Assembly (NCBI RefSeq): GCF_001443605.1
Contig: NZ_CP013118.1
Coordinates: forward strand, 3,657,659-3,689,658
Direction of reading: 5' to 3'
Length of the DNA: 32,000 nucleotides
From: Salinivirga cyanobacteriivorans
GTDB taxonomy: Bacteria > Bacteroidota > Bacteroidia > Bacteroidales > Salinivirgaceae
Numbering within the stretch: the first letter of the stretch is position 1; each line of letters begins with the position of its first letter. The position numbers and the translations under genes were made by a program. Below the pieces are notes generated by a model. The model made no database searches, was not told the origin of the DNA, and saw nothing but the letters and a program-made list of their open reading frames with translations. Below are positions 1 to 8,800 of the stretch, one piece after another.

Positions 1-3000
1 ATTTTGAGCCAGAATTTCGAGCGGACTGCAACTTTCGGTATTGTCAATTGTAAACTGGCTTTTGGGCAGGTGATTAACCCTGATGGTTGCAGTGGTATCA
101 TCCTGGCACTCAAAATCATTGGTGGCCAGTAAATAAACATCGTAAAACACATCGTTGGTAGAGCTGAAATTGGTAAATGTGTGCGTCGGGTTGGTTACCG
201 TGGCACTTGTCTGGTCGTCAAAATCCCAATAAAAATTGTTGCTACCCAGCGAAGTGTTTGTAAAGTCGACGGTAAGAGGATGACACCCTTCTGTAGAAGA
301 GAGGTCGTAGGTGGCCCTGACATTAGGATAAACCGAAACGGTTTTGGTCATAGAGTCGCGGCAGTTACCGGCAGTGTTGGTCACCAGTAGCTGGGCATCA
401 AAGGTTGCGGTGTTGGTGTATGAGCTGTTGGTGTACTGATGGCTTACATCCTGCAGTACATTTACATCATAGGTATCGCCATCGCCAAAGGTCCACTGGT
501 AGGTATCGGCCCCCTGTGTGGTATTTACAAATGTAGCATCGAAAGGATTACACCCTGCACTTGGGTCAATGGCAAATTCTGCTTTCAGTGCTTTTTCAAC
601 CACCACGGTCGAAGATTGCTGATCGGTACACCCGTATTCAGAGGTTGTGGTGTGCCAAACCTCAAAAGTTGTGGTACCATTGTAGTTGAAATGCTCGAAA
701 TTGTGAGGTGGGTCCTGCTCGTCAGAAGATGTACCATCACCAAAGTCCCAGTCGTGGTTCACGTTGACCGTATTGCCACCGGGCTCATAAGTGAAGTTCA
801 CCGGCAGCGGGTTACAACCGCGATCGGTATCCTGGCTGAAATTGGCCGTCACTTCCGGATAGGCCGTAATTTGCTTTGTCACCGAGTCGACACAATTTCC
901 GGGCCCTGAATTAGATACCACGAGCTTCACATCCTGTGTAATATTGAAATTAGTGGTGTTGTTCAGCGTAGTCGATGCCGTGCTTGTGCTGCTTACCGGG
1001 TTACCATCGATGTACCACTGCCATGAATTAATATCACCTACAGAAGCATCCTGGAAAGAAGCACTGAAAGGTGAGCAGCCAGCAGCAGCCGGCATTACAA
1101 ATTTGGCATCGAGCCTTGAAGCCACCTCCACCGAGCTGTAAGTAGAGTCTTTACAACCATGTTGCGACTCTACCAGCAGCTTAATATTGTAAGTGCGCGG
1201 CGATTCGGTCTGGTTATTAAAAGTGTGTGTTGGGTTGGCCAGGTTGCTGCTCGACTCATCGCCAAAATCCCATGTGTAGTCAACCGGTATGGGGAATGCC
1301 GGGTTGTGTGTAAAATCAACCGTAAGCGGATTACACCCCTGGGTAACGGGATGATTGAAAGTGGCATCCACTTCGGGATAAATGGTAATGATTTTTTGAG
1401 CCGTATCGGTACAGCCAAACCCACTGCCATTTTCTACAATGAGCATAATGGTATCCTGCCTTGCAACCCCGCTGTTGTTATTGATAATAATTTGCGGGTT
1501 GGCCAGGTTAGAGAATGAAGTCCCGTTACGCAGCCATGTTCGTGTGGCCACATCACCATTGGAAATATCCTCAAACTCGACCTGGAAAGGGGCGCAACCG
1601 CTGACTGCGCTAACCGACATGCGTGCTTCCACATACGAACCTACTGTAACCACGGAGTTGGCAGAATCTTTACAGTTGTATGGTGAGGTGACATTGAGTT
1701 GCACATTATAAATTTTAGATGCAGCAGTGTTGTTTACAAAGGTGTGGGAAGGATTTTGCAGTGCCGAGGAGTTGTTGTCGTCAAAATCCCAGTTGAAACT
1801 CATGGCCGGGTTGTTGGCCGGGGTATGAGTAAAATTCACAGTTAAAGGATTACAACCTTCGTCTACATCCTGAATATAGGTAGCATCAACAGATGGGTAA
1901 ATGGTCACGGTACGTTGCATGCTGTCTTCGCAGGCCCCACCGGTGTTTGAGCCAATGAGTGTAATGACCGTATCAATGGGGTTGTTGGTGGTGTTGTACA
2001 GCGTAATGGCTGCAGGCGACTGAGCAGAAGAGAAAACCACATCTTCTTTTTTCCATGTCCATGTATCAATACCACCCGATGAAGTGTTGGTAGGCCTGAT
2101 TGTAAAAGGCGAACAACCCTGGGCAGTATCGAGGGTGAAAGCAATATCGTAATATGGACCCACATCCACGGTAGTGGTAGCCGTATCTTTACAACCGCGG
2201 GCCGTTTGCACTGCCAGCTCCACGTCGAAAGTGGTTGTGGTTGTATTAAAGTGCTGATAGGTGTGGGTAATGGCACTGTCGCTGCCCGAAGAAGCATCGC
2301 CAAAATTCCAGCTGAGTTGCACATCCACATTATTGGTGGGTGTGTGTGCAAAATCCACATCCAGTGGGTTGCAACCACTAAGTGGTGCTGCGGTGAAGGT
2401 GGCGTCGGCTACGGGATAAATTTCTATAGGTTGGAATGCTGTATCAGTACATCCTGCGGTATTGTCTACTACCAATTGAATAGTGTCCTGTATGATATTG
2501 TCTGTTGGGTTTGTGTACGTATGAGGTGCCGGATTGATCGCATTGGTTACAGGTGATCCATCACCCCAGGTCCATTCATAACTATTGATGGCACCTGCTG
2601 ATTTATTTATAACAGATATTTCAAGATTTGCACAGCCTTTAATTTTATTGGGTGTAAAGCCGGCTTTTATATAAGGATGCACGGTAATGTTGTTCTGTGC
2701 AGTATCCTGACAACCATTTGCTGATGCAATGATTAATTGTACGTTGAATGTTGTATCGGCTCCGCTGTAGTTTTCAAACTGATGAACCGGATTGAGCTGA
2801 TTGTTAATTACCGTACCATCGCCCATAAACCATTTTTGTTCGGCAATTGCACCAGTAGAAGTATCCTGAAAAGTTACTGGTAATGGATGGCATCCGCTTA
2901 ATAAATCCTGATCGAAACCAGCCTCTACTCCGGGGTAAACCCTTATGTCTAATTCTGTTGTGTCTGTACAACTGTTTTTAATGGCAACGAGTTTTAATGT

Positions 3001-3726
3001 GTAAATTTGTTCAATTCCGGTGTTATTGGTGTATGTATGTGAGCCGGGATTGTCGGTATAAGTTGTGTCTCCATCTCCCCATATCCATTTATAGGAGTCT
3101 ATTGAGGCCGATGGTGATGATAGGTTGGAAGGTGTAACTTCCAGTGGTGCACAGCCCATATTTTTATCCACATGAAATTGTGCATAAAGTGCTGGCTCAA
3201 CTGATACCGTTCTGGTCATTGTATCTTTACAAAAATAGGTGGGTGACTTGGTTACCAATTGAGCTGTATAGGTTTGAATATTATTAGTGAGGTTTTGGTA
3301 TTGATGTACGGGTTCTGACTCAATTGATGTGGCTCCGTCGCCAAAACTCCATTCAAATGTAGCGGTGTCGCCACTTGATAGGTTCCTGAAAGGCACTGTC
3401 AATGGATTACAACCTGCTGTATCGGGTTCGAAATCAGCATAAATTGCCGGATGTACGGTAACATCAGCATATAAAGAGTCTTTGCAGCGGAGAATGTTTT
3501 CTGTGCGAAGTTTTATTTCGTAGGTTATAGGTGCGTTGGTAGTATTGTTAAATGTATGATAAATTGTATCTGGTCCTGTGGTGTATTCGGGTATATTGTC
3601 TCCATCCATATCCCATTCGTAGTCAGATACGGGATAATTATCTTCAGAATGATTGACAATGGCAACATCCATGGGAGCACAACCGAGTACATCGCTTAAA
3701 GCAAAAGATGCTTCAATGGGGTCGGA
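1..3726 (-). repeat. Tandem array of 14 PKD-like domains (about 85-89 aa each), continuing beyond the window
   Basis: The core Trp codons (cca on the + strand) lie at 226, 493, 748, 1015, 1270, 1534, 1789, 2053, 2308, 2566, 2830, 3079, 3349 and 3613. Each domain has G-C-x-P near its start and a C-x-D near its end. Confidence 0.85.
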
Positions 3727-5439
3727 AACAATAATGTCAACATAAGCAGAGTCCCGCAAGTTACATCCTCCTTCTACCACAACTTTGTATTTTCTGTTGG
3801 TTAAAGGGGATACAATAGGGTTTTGGCTTGTTGGGTCGTCAATATAATAGGGTGTGGCATCTGCCGTCCAAAGGTAGGAGTTGCCGGTACTTGCAATTAA
3901 CTGGGTACTTTTACCGTAGCACAGTACTTTTGAGCCATCAATTGTACCAACAATTGTAGCTGAAACGTCGAGCTTATTAAAATCGCTGAAATAGCCATAG
4001 AAACAGTCCGTTGATCCATCACCATTAATTATGCCCAGGTGAAAAACATCATCGTTTGATAAAACCTGGGGCGTTTGTGTTGCGACAATTCCTGTTGCAT
4101 CTATTGTTCCGGCCATCCACTCGTTTGGCACAATTTCAGTCCATCCTCCTATGGGATTGATAAGTCCGCCTACACCATTGAGCTCAAAATTATTTTCAGC
4201 TCCTTTTCGCACCAGTATATTCATGTAAAAGTCAAAGTTCTGGGGTCTTGTAAATACAACTTCTTGTGAACCTGTACAAACATCAATTTGTGGCAAAATA
4301 CTGCCACCCATTTGTCCTGCAAAACCAGAAACATGATATACTGATACCGGATGGTCGGCTTCTATTAAATTAAAATTTGATCCTAAATTATCAATTCTTA
4401 TTGCCATTTGCTCACCGGCATTGAGAACCGGTGCTTGCGGAGTTCCGTTTAAGCTAACTGTAGTTGCATTTTCGGTGGCAAGTACATAAACATATTCCGG
4501 GACTGTTGTGATTTGTCCCTGCATGACTACATAAGTTTGCCCGAGCAAGCTTACAGGAACTAATTGATCAGCCACATAGTCGACATCTCCTCCGCAGCCG
4601 TTGCAATAAACGCCACTTAAATCGTGTACCAGATCGTCTTTGGTCTGTACCACAAGTGCCGAGTCATTTGACCACACCCGTGTACCGGCAAGTCGATCTC
4701 TACGACTGATGTTATAGGTGGCATTGTCACCAGTTCCATAAGGAACAGCTGTAAATGTTTCGCCAGTATTCAGGTTAACGCTGTAGGTTGTAAAAGCAGG
4801 AATTACAACATCCCCACCTGCATCAACTATCAGCATATCATTTGTGGGTCTGATATTGACTGTTGTGGCTTGCGTTGCAAGTATGTCAATTGCACTGTAA
4901 ACCAGGGGGTAGGAGCCCGTAAGATAATTATTAAAGTTGGTTTGAAAAGGCACATAAAAATTTCTGCCTACAGCATTGCGGCCTTTCAGCGCCACAATTT
5001 CGCGGTTTAAATTAGAGCTTATTTCATAATAGGCTGTAATATTTGATGTGCTGGAAATTTTAAGTCCTACATTATTTATGTTTCCTACTCTGGTGGGTGT
5101 AGGCGACTGAATTTCATTCTCAATTAGGTTGAGGTCGTAAACTCCGGCACCCCCACCTCCGGGTCTAAATTCAATTGAGCGTGTATCATTGGCAGGAATA
5201 TTAATTACTATTGGCGTGAAAGCCGGGTTTGCGGGTTGGCTTATTGTAACTTCTGAGGGCAGGTCGTAGGTAGCAATGCGTAAATAAGTAGGCTGACCGC
5301 CACCACCGTGAGCATCGTTTACTTCAGGGGCTATGAACCAAAACTCCTGGTCTGTTTGCGCATAAATGGTGCTGTTTATAAACAGAAAGAGCAAGAGGTT
5401 AATTGCTAAAGCGAGTATACGGGATACGCGATTTTTCAT
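1..5439 (-). CDS. Giant secreted PKD-repeat surface protein, N-terminal 1,813 codons; the 3' end runs off the window at position 1. Not in the supplied ORF track.
   Basis: Read in triplets from position 1, the + strand has no TTA/CTA/TCA (reverse-strand stops) anywhere in 1-5439. The reverse complement starts at ATG 5439-5437 and reads MKNRVSRILALAINLLLFLFINSTIYAQTDQEFWFIAPEVNDAHGGGGQPTYLRIATYDLPSEVTISQP. It contains 14 PKD-type W-x-F-G-D-G cores, e.g. GGNTVNVNHDWDFGDGTSSD from 780-721. Confidence 0.88.
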   Translation of the reverse strand, partial: MKNRVSRILALAINLLLFLFINSTIYAQTDQEFWFIAPEVNDAHGGGGQPTYLRIATYDLPSEVTISQPANPAFTPIVINIPANDTRSIEFRPGGGGAGVYDLNLIENEIQSPTPTRVGNINNVGLKISSTSNITAYYEISSNLNREIVALKGRNAVGRNFYVPFQTNFNNYLTGSYPLVYSAIDILATQATTVNIRPTNDMLIVDAGGDVVIPAFTTYSVNLNTGETFTAVPYGTGDNATYNISRRDRLAGTRVWSNDSALVVQTKDDLVHDLSGVYCNGCGGDVDYVADQLVPVSLLGQTYVVMQGQITTVPEYVYVLATENATTVSLNGTPQAPVLNAGEQMAIRIDNLGSNFNLIEADHPVSVYHVSGFAGQMGGSILPQIDVCTGSQEVVFTRPQNFDFYMNILVRKGAENNFELNGVGGLINPIGGWTEIVPNEWMAGTIDATGIVATQTPQVLSNDDVFHLGIINGDGSTDCFYGYFSDFNKLDVSATIVGTIDGSKVLCYGKSTQLIASTGNSYLWTADATPYYIDDPTSQNPIVSPLTNRKYKVVVEGGCNLRDSAYVDIIVSDPIEASFALSDVLGCAPMDVAIVNHSEDNYPVSDYEWDMDGDNIPEYTTGPDTIYHTFNNTTNAPITYEIKLRTENILRCKDSLYADVTVHPAIYADFEPDTAGCNPLTVPFRNLSSGDTATFEWSFGDGATSIESEPVHQYQNLTNNIQTYTAQLVTKSPTYFCKDTMTRTVSVEPALYAQFHVDKNMGCAPLEVTPSNLSSPSASIDSYKWIWGDGDTTYTDNPGSHTYTNNTGIEQIYTLKLVAIKNSCTDTTELDIRVYPGVEAGFDQDLLSGCHPLPVTFQDTSTGAIAEQKWFMGDGTVINNQLNPVHQFENYSGADTTFNVQLIIASANGCQDTAQNNITVHPYIKAGFTPNKIKGCANLEISVINKSAGAINSYEWTWGDGSPVTNAINPAPHTYTNPTDNIIQDTIQLVVDNTAGCTDTAFQPIEIYPVADATFTAAPLSGCNPLDVDFAHTPTNNVDVQLSWNFGDASSGSDSAITHTYQHFNTTTTTFDVELAVQTARGCKDTATTTVDVGPYYDIAFTLDTAQGCSPFTIRPTNTSSGGIDTWTWKKEDVVFSSAQSPAAITLYNTTNNPIDTVITLIGSNTGGACEDSMQRTVTIYPSVDATYIQDVDEGCNPLTVNFTHTPANNPAMSFNWDFDDNNSSALQNPSHTFVNNTAASKIYNVQLNVTSPYNCKDSANSVVTVGSYVEARMSVSAVSGCAPFQVEFEDISNGDVATRTWLRNGTSFSNLANPQIIINNNSGVARQDTIMLIVENGSGFGCTDTAQKIITIYPEVDATFNHPVTQGCNPLTVDFTHNPAFPIPVDYTWDFGDESSSNLANPTHTFNNQTESPRTYNIKLLVESQHGCKDSTYSSVEVASRLDAKFVMPAAAGCSPFSASFQDASVGDINSWQWYIDGNPVSSTSTASTTLNNTTNFNITQDVKLVVSNSGPGNCVDSVTKQITAYPEVTANFSQDTDRGCNPLPVNFTYEPGGNTVNVNHDWDFGDGTSSDEQDPPHNFEHFNYNGTTTFEVWHTTTSEYGCTDQQSSTVVVEKALKAEFAIDPSAGCNPFDATFVNTTQGADTYQWTFGDGDTYDVNVLQDVSHQYTNSSYTNTATFDAQLLVTNTAGNCRDSMTKTVSVYPNVRATYDLSSTEGCHPLTVDFTNTSLGSNNFYWDFDDQTSATVTNPTHTFTNFSSTNDVFYDVYLLATNDFECQDDTTATIRVNHLPKSQFTIDNTESCSPLEILAQN
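3727..3900 (-). other. Single YxW...GC..D beta-module, same type as the six in the neighbouring giant gene
   Basis: Translation is LIASTGNSYLWTADATPYYIDDPTSQNPIVSPLTNRKYKVVVEGGCNLRDSAYVDIIV. It shares the S-Y-L-W ... Y-x-V-x-V ... G-C ... D-S ... V pattern with 5789..11779. Confidence 0.6.
5356..5439 (-). other. Sec signal peptide of the giant PKD protein
   Basis: MKNRVSR (basic n-region), ILALAINLLLFLFI (hydrophobic core), NSTIYA/Q (small residues before a likely cleavage site). Confidence 0.7.
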
Positions 5440-5644
5440 AAGTGTTTTTTGCTTTTGGCGTTTTTTACTAAAAAATGCCTGAATAAATGTTTTACAAGTT
5501 TCTGAGTACTTTTATATAATTATAATTCTTTGAATTTTAAGAACTCATTAACAGGTCAATATTACAAATAAAAATTCACATTGTGAAAAACATTTACATG
5601 AAGAAAAGATTGATTTTTATGTTTCAGGATTGCTTACTTTGGTG

Positions 5645-5652
5645 TAAGTTTG
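5645..5652 (+). promoter_or_regulatory. Candidate Bacteroidota -7 promoter box TAAGTTTG upstream of the 1,996-aa gene
   Basis: Exact match to TAnnTTTG, 137 nt upstream of ATG 5789. A one-mismatch copy, TAACTTTA, lies at 5712-5719. Confidence 0.3.
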
Positions 5653-5788
5653 CTCATTGGTATAACCATGGTGATATCGTAAAAATATATTGACCTTTGT
5701 TTGTTTTTGACTAACTTTAAAAAATTGTTGATTATTCAAAAAAAACAGATTGAATTACTGACCGAATAAGATATCAAAAAACCACAGC

Positions 5789-5851
5789 ATGAAATATTTA
5801 GTTACTCTATCTGCTATAATTCTGGCTTTTGTTGGTTCAATTAAAGCCCAG
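5789..5851 (+). other. Sec signal peptide
   Basis: MKYLVTLSAIILAFVGSIKA/Q: n-region K, hydrophobic core, A-x-A-like cleavage context. Confidence 0.75.
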
Positions 5852-8800
5852 GTTTTTTTTAGTGAAGATTTTGAACAGGGTATTCCCATAAACTGGACTC
5901 AAGAATATCTGACCTCAAGTGCCTCATGGTATATTGAGAATGGCGGCCTCGGAGGTGAGCATCCTGATACCGCCTATCAGGGCAACTACAACGCAATTTT
6001 ACAACAAAATGGTTCGTCAAAAATTACGCGGTTGATTACACCTATGATCGATTTGGGTGATGTGGTAAAAGCACAGTTGCAGTTTGGTCATGCTATGACA
6101 GAATATGTTGGAATTGACGAACTTACTGTTGAATGCCGTGAGCATCCCGACAGTGCGTGGGTGGAAATTGCTTATTACGGTACAGCGGTACCAAATTGGG
6201 TTTTTGAAGAAATTCAAATTCCTGATTCATTAACCAGCTCCACATCTGCAATTGCTTTTAAAGGTAAGACAAACTATGGTGGTGGTATATGTATCGATTT
6301 GGTTGAAGTTATTGAAGTTGGAATTGTTCCATTGCAGGTAAAATCTATTGAAGCTGCAAATTTTGCATATACAAGCGTACCTTCAGGCTCGAACAATAAC
6401 CCGATTTTAAGAACCATAATTAATGTAGTGGGTAACACCGGGACTTTAAATTTTGAAGAAATTACATACCAATCTCTGAATACAGACAATGCTGATATCA
6501 GGGAGGGAGGGTTGTCACTCTTTTATTCTAAAGATACATTGTTGAGAAATGTTGAGCTCGTGGCCGGAAATGTGAACTTCGAACAAGGGGCTGCAACGTT
6601 TAGCGATCTTGCTGTGCCGCTCTCTTTTGGAACCAATGTTTTTTGGTTGACCTATAATGTTGATTCAGCGCTTACGCATGACCAGCATAACCATGTGTTA
6701 GATGCAAAAATTAATGCAGATGATATCGTTATTGATGGATATACTTATCCATTTGAAGATTTAAACCCTTCCGGTAATTTGTGGCTTAAGGAATCACTGT
6801 TTTTTGACAATTTCGAAGGTGCTATGAACTGGAATCTAATCGGAGAGTTCGAAATTGACCAGCCCTCCGGACTTGGGGTAACTGGTGATGGAAATCCCGA
6901 TCCTGAATTTGCAACAAGCCCGGTTAATGTGCTGGGTACAGATCTTACAGGTTTGGGCGAAACCGAAGGTGCTTATGAAAATAATTTAACCGAAGCTGAA
7001 GATCAGGCTGTTTCTCCTTATGTAAATGTCGATTATTATAAAGATCTGAACCTGTTTTTCTGGCGTTGGCTAAATGTTGATTTTTTCGACGATGCTACTA
7101 TTGACGTGCGAAAAAATCAATCGAACTGGGGTACAGTCTGGATAAATAACAGTTATAATAACGATAATTTCTGGCGGGTGCACGAATATGGCCTCCACGA
7201 TTCATTGTTTTACAGAGATAGCCTGCAAATGAGATTTGCGATGGGCCCTTCTGACGAAGAAAACAATCAAAGTGGTTGGAATATTGACAATTTCGCCATT
7301 ACGGGTGACTATATTGCATATGATGTAGGCGTTTCAGCATGGGTTGCTCCCGGCGATGGATGTGGACATACCGATCAGGATTTTGTAACAGTAAAAATAA
7401 GAAATTATGGGGGTGAGGCTTCACCGACAAACATTCCCATTGAATATTCTATTGATAATGGAGCAAATTGGGTTCAGGAGGTGTATCCATCATCCATACC
7501 TGTAGGTGGTGAGGCTACATTCACTTTTTCCGGCACAGCCGACATGTCTCAACCCGGCACATACAAGGTGATAGCACGTACTGTGATGTCTCAGGATGAA
7601 TTTTTTGAAAATAATCGGTTCGATACAACCATTTTTGTAACACCATCTTATAGCTTACCTTATACCCAGAGTTTTGAGTTGGGTGCAGATTATTGGATCA
7701 GTGGGGGTGAAAACAACACGTGGCAAATAAAACAACCGCATCAGGCGATTTCAGGGCCCTATATTGATACTGCTTATAATGGTGTAAGGTGCTGGGTAAC
7801 AAATTATGAAGGCAGTTACCTTGCGAATGATTCCAGCTATATTCAAAGTCCATGTTTCGATTTCACCGGAACAGAAGCTCCTATACTTGAATTTGCAATT
7901 TTTACTGACTTTCAGGCGGGTGTTGATGGGGCAAATGTGCTTTATTCCATTGATAATGGGCAGTCATGGAACCTTTTGGCAACAAATGCCGATTACAGTC
8001 AAAATTGGTATACTAATGCCAGTGTTGTATCATTGGATAATCCGGGATGGGATCAGCCCAATACAGGCTGGTTTATTGCCAGAAATCTGCTTCCCCAGGC
8101 TCTCACTGCCTATGAATCAGTGAAGTTTCGCATTATGATTGAAGCTGATCAGACCATTGAGAATGAGGGTATTGCTATCGACCGCGTCCGGCTTTATGAT
8201 GCTCCTTACGATATTGGTTTAACCGCATTGAATTATCCGGCTACCGATTGTGAGATTGGTGATGCTGTCTATCCGGAAATTGAAATTCAAAATGATGGCG
8301 TAAGCCCATTGCCCGGTGGTTTGAAGGTGCCCATTAATTTGTATTTCAAGGAGAATTTTATAGTGCGCGATACATTTGAACTCAGTTCACCTTTGGCTGT
8401 AAACGATACGCGTTTACTGACTTTTGATACGGCACTCTATATGGATACTGCCGGAAACTATGCATTTGAGTTTATTAATAAATTCAATGAAACAGCTGGC
8501 TTTTATACTTCAGATAACGATACGCTTTATACTCAGGTTAGTGTGGAAGGAATGCCGCAATACAACCCTTTCCCCGATGTAACCGGAAAGAACAGTCCAT
8601 TTGTTGAATTAGATGCCGGTGCTGGTTATACTTATTCCTGGAGCACAGGACATGACGGACAGGTTTTGCAGGCATATACAGAAGGTACATTTTATGTGAC
8701 AGTTACCAACGGAAATGGTTGTACGGCCATTGATTCTACGACAGTAATAAATTCAGTAGACGATATGGAATTGACCCAGGTACTTACCACTATTCCGGAC

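Noticed and set aside
181-2556. Track ORFs inside the first 5.4 kb: 181..390+, 439..909+, 944..1141+, 1159..1518+, 1170..1430-, 1434..1634-, 1439..1711+, 1905..2378-, 2206..2556+, and also 4075..4269+.
   Set aside because: All lie antisense to, or out of frame with, the uninterrupted 1,813-codon minus-strand ORF. Their translations are Cys/His/Trp/Arg-rich with no recognisable motifs. The listed minus-strand ORFs end at coordinates congruent to 2 mod 3, whereas the real frame is 0 mod 3.
5598-5693. A 31-codon ATG ORF (MKKRLIFMFQDCLLWCKFAHWYNHGDIVKIY) in the divergent spacer.
   Set aside because: It is short, has no supporting signal, and overlaps the candidate -7 box at 5645-5652. It is most simply chance in AT-rich DNA. 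Ribosome profiling could revisit this.
5440-5788. An invertible (phase-variable) promoter between the giant genes.
   Set aside because: No long flanking inverted repeats are present, only 5-8-bp imperfect ones such as GAGTACTT/AAGAACTC. The window encodes no site-specific recombinase.
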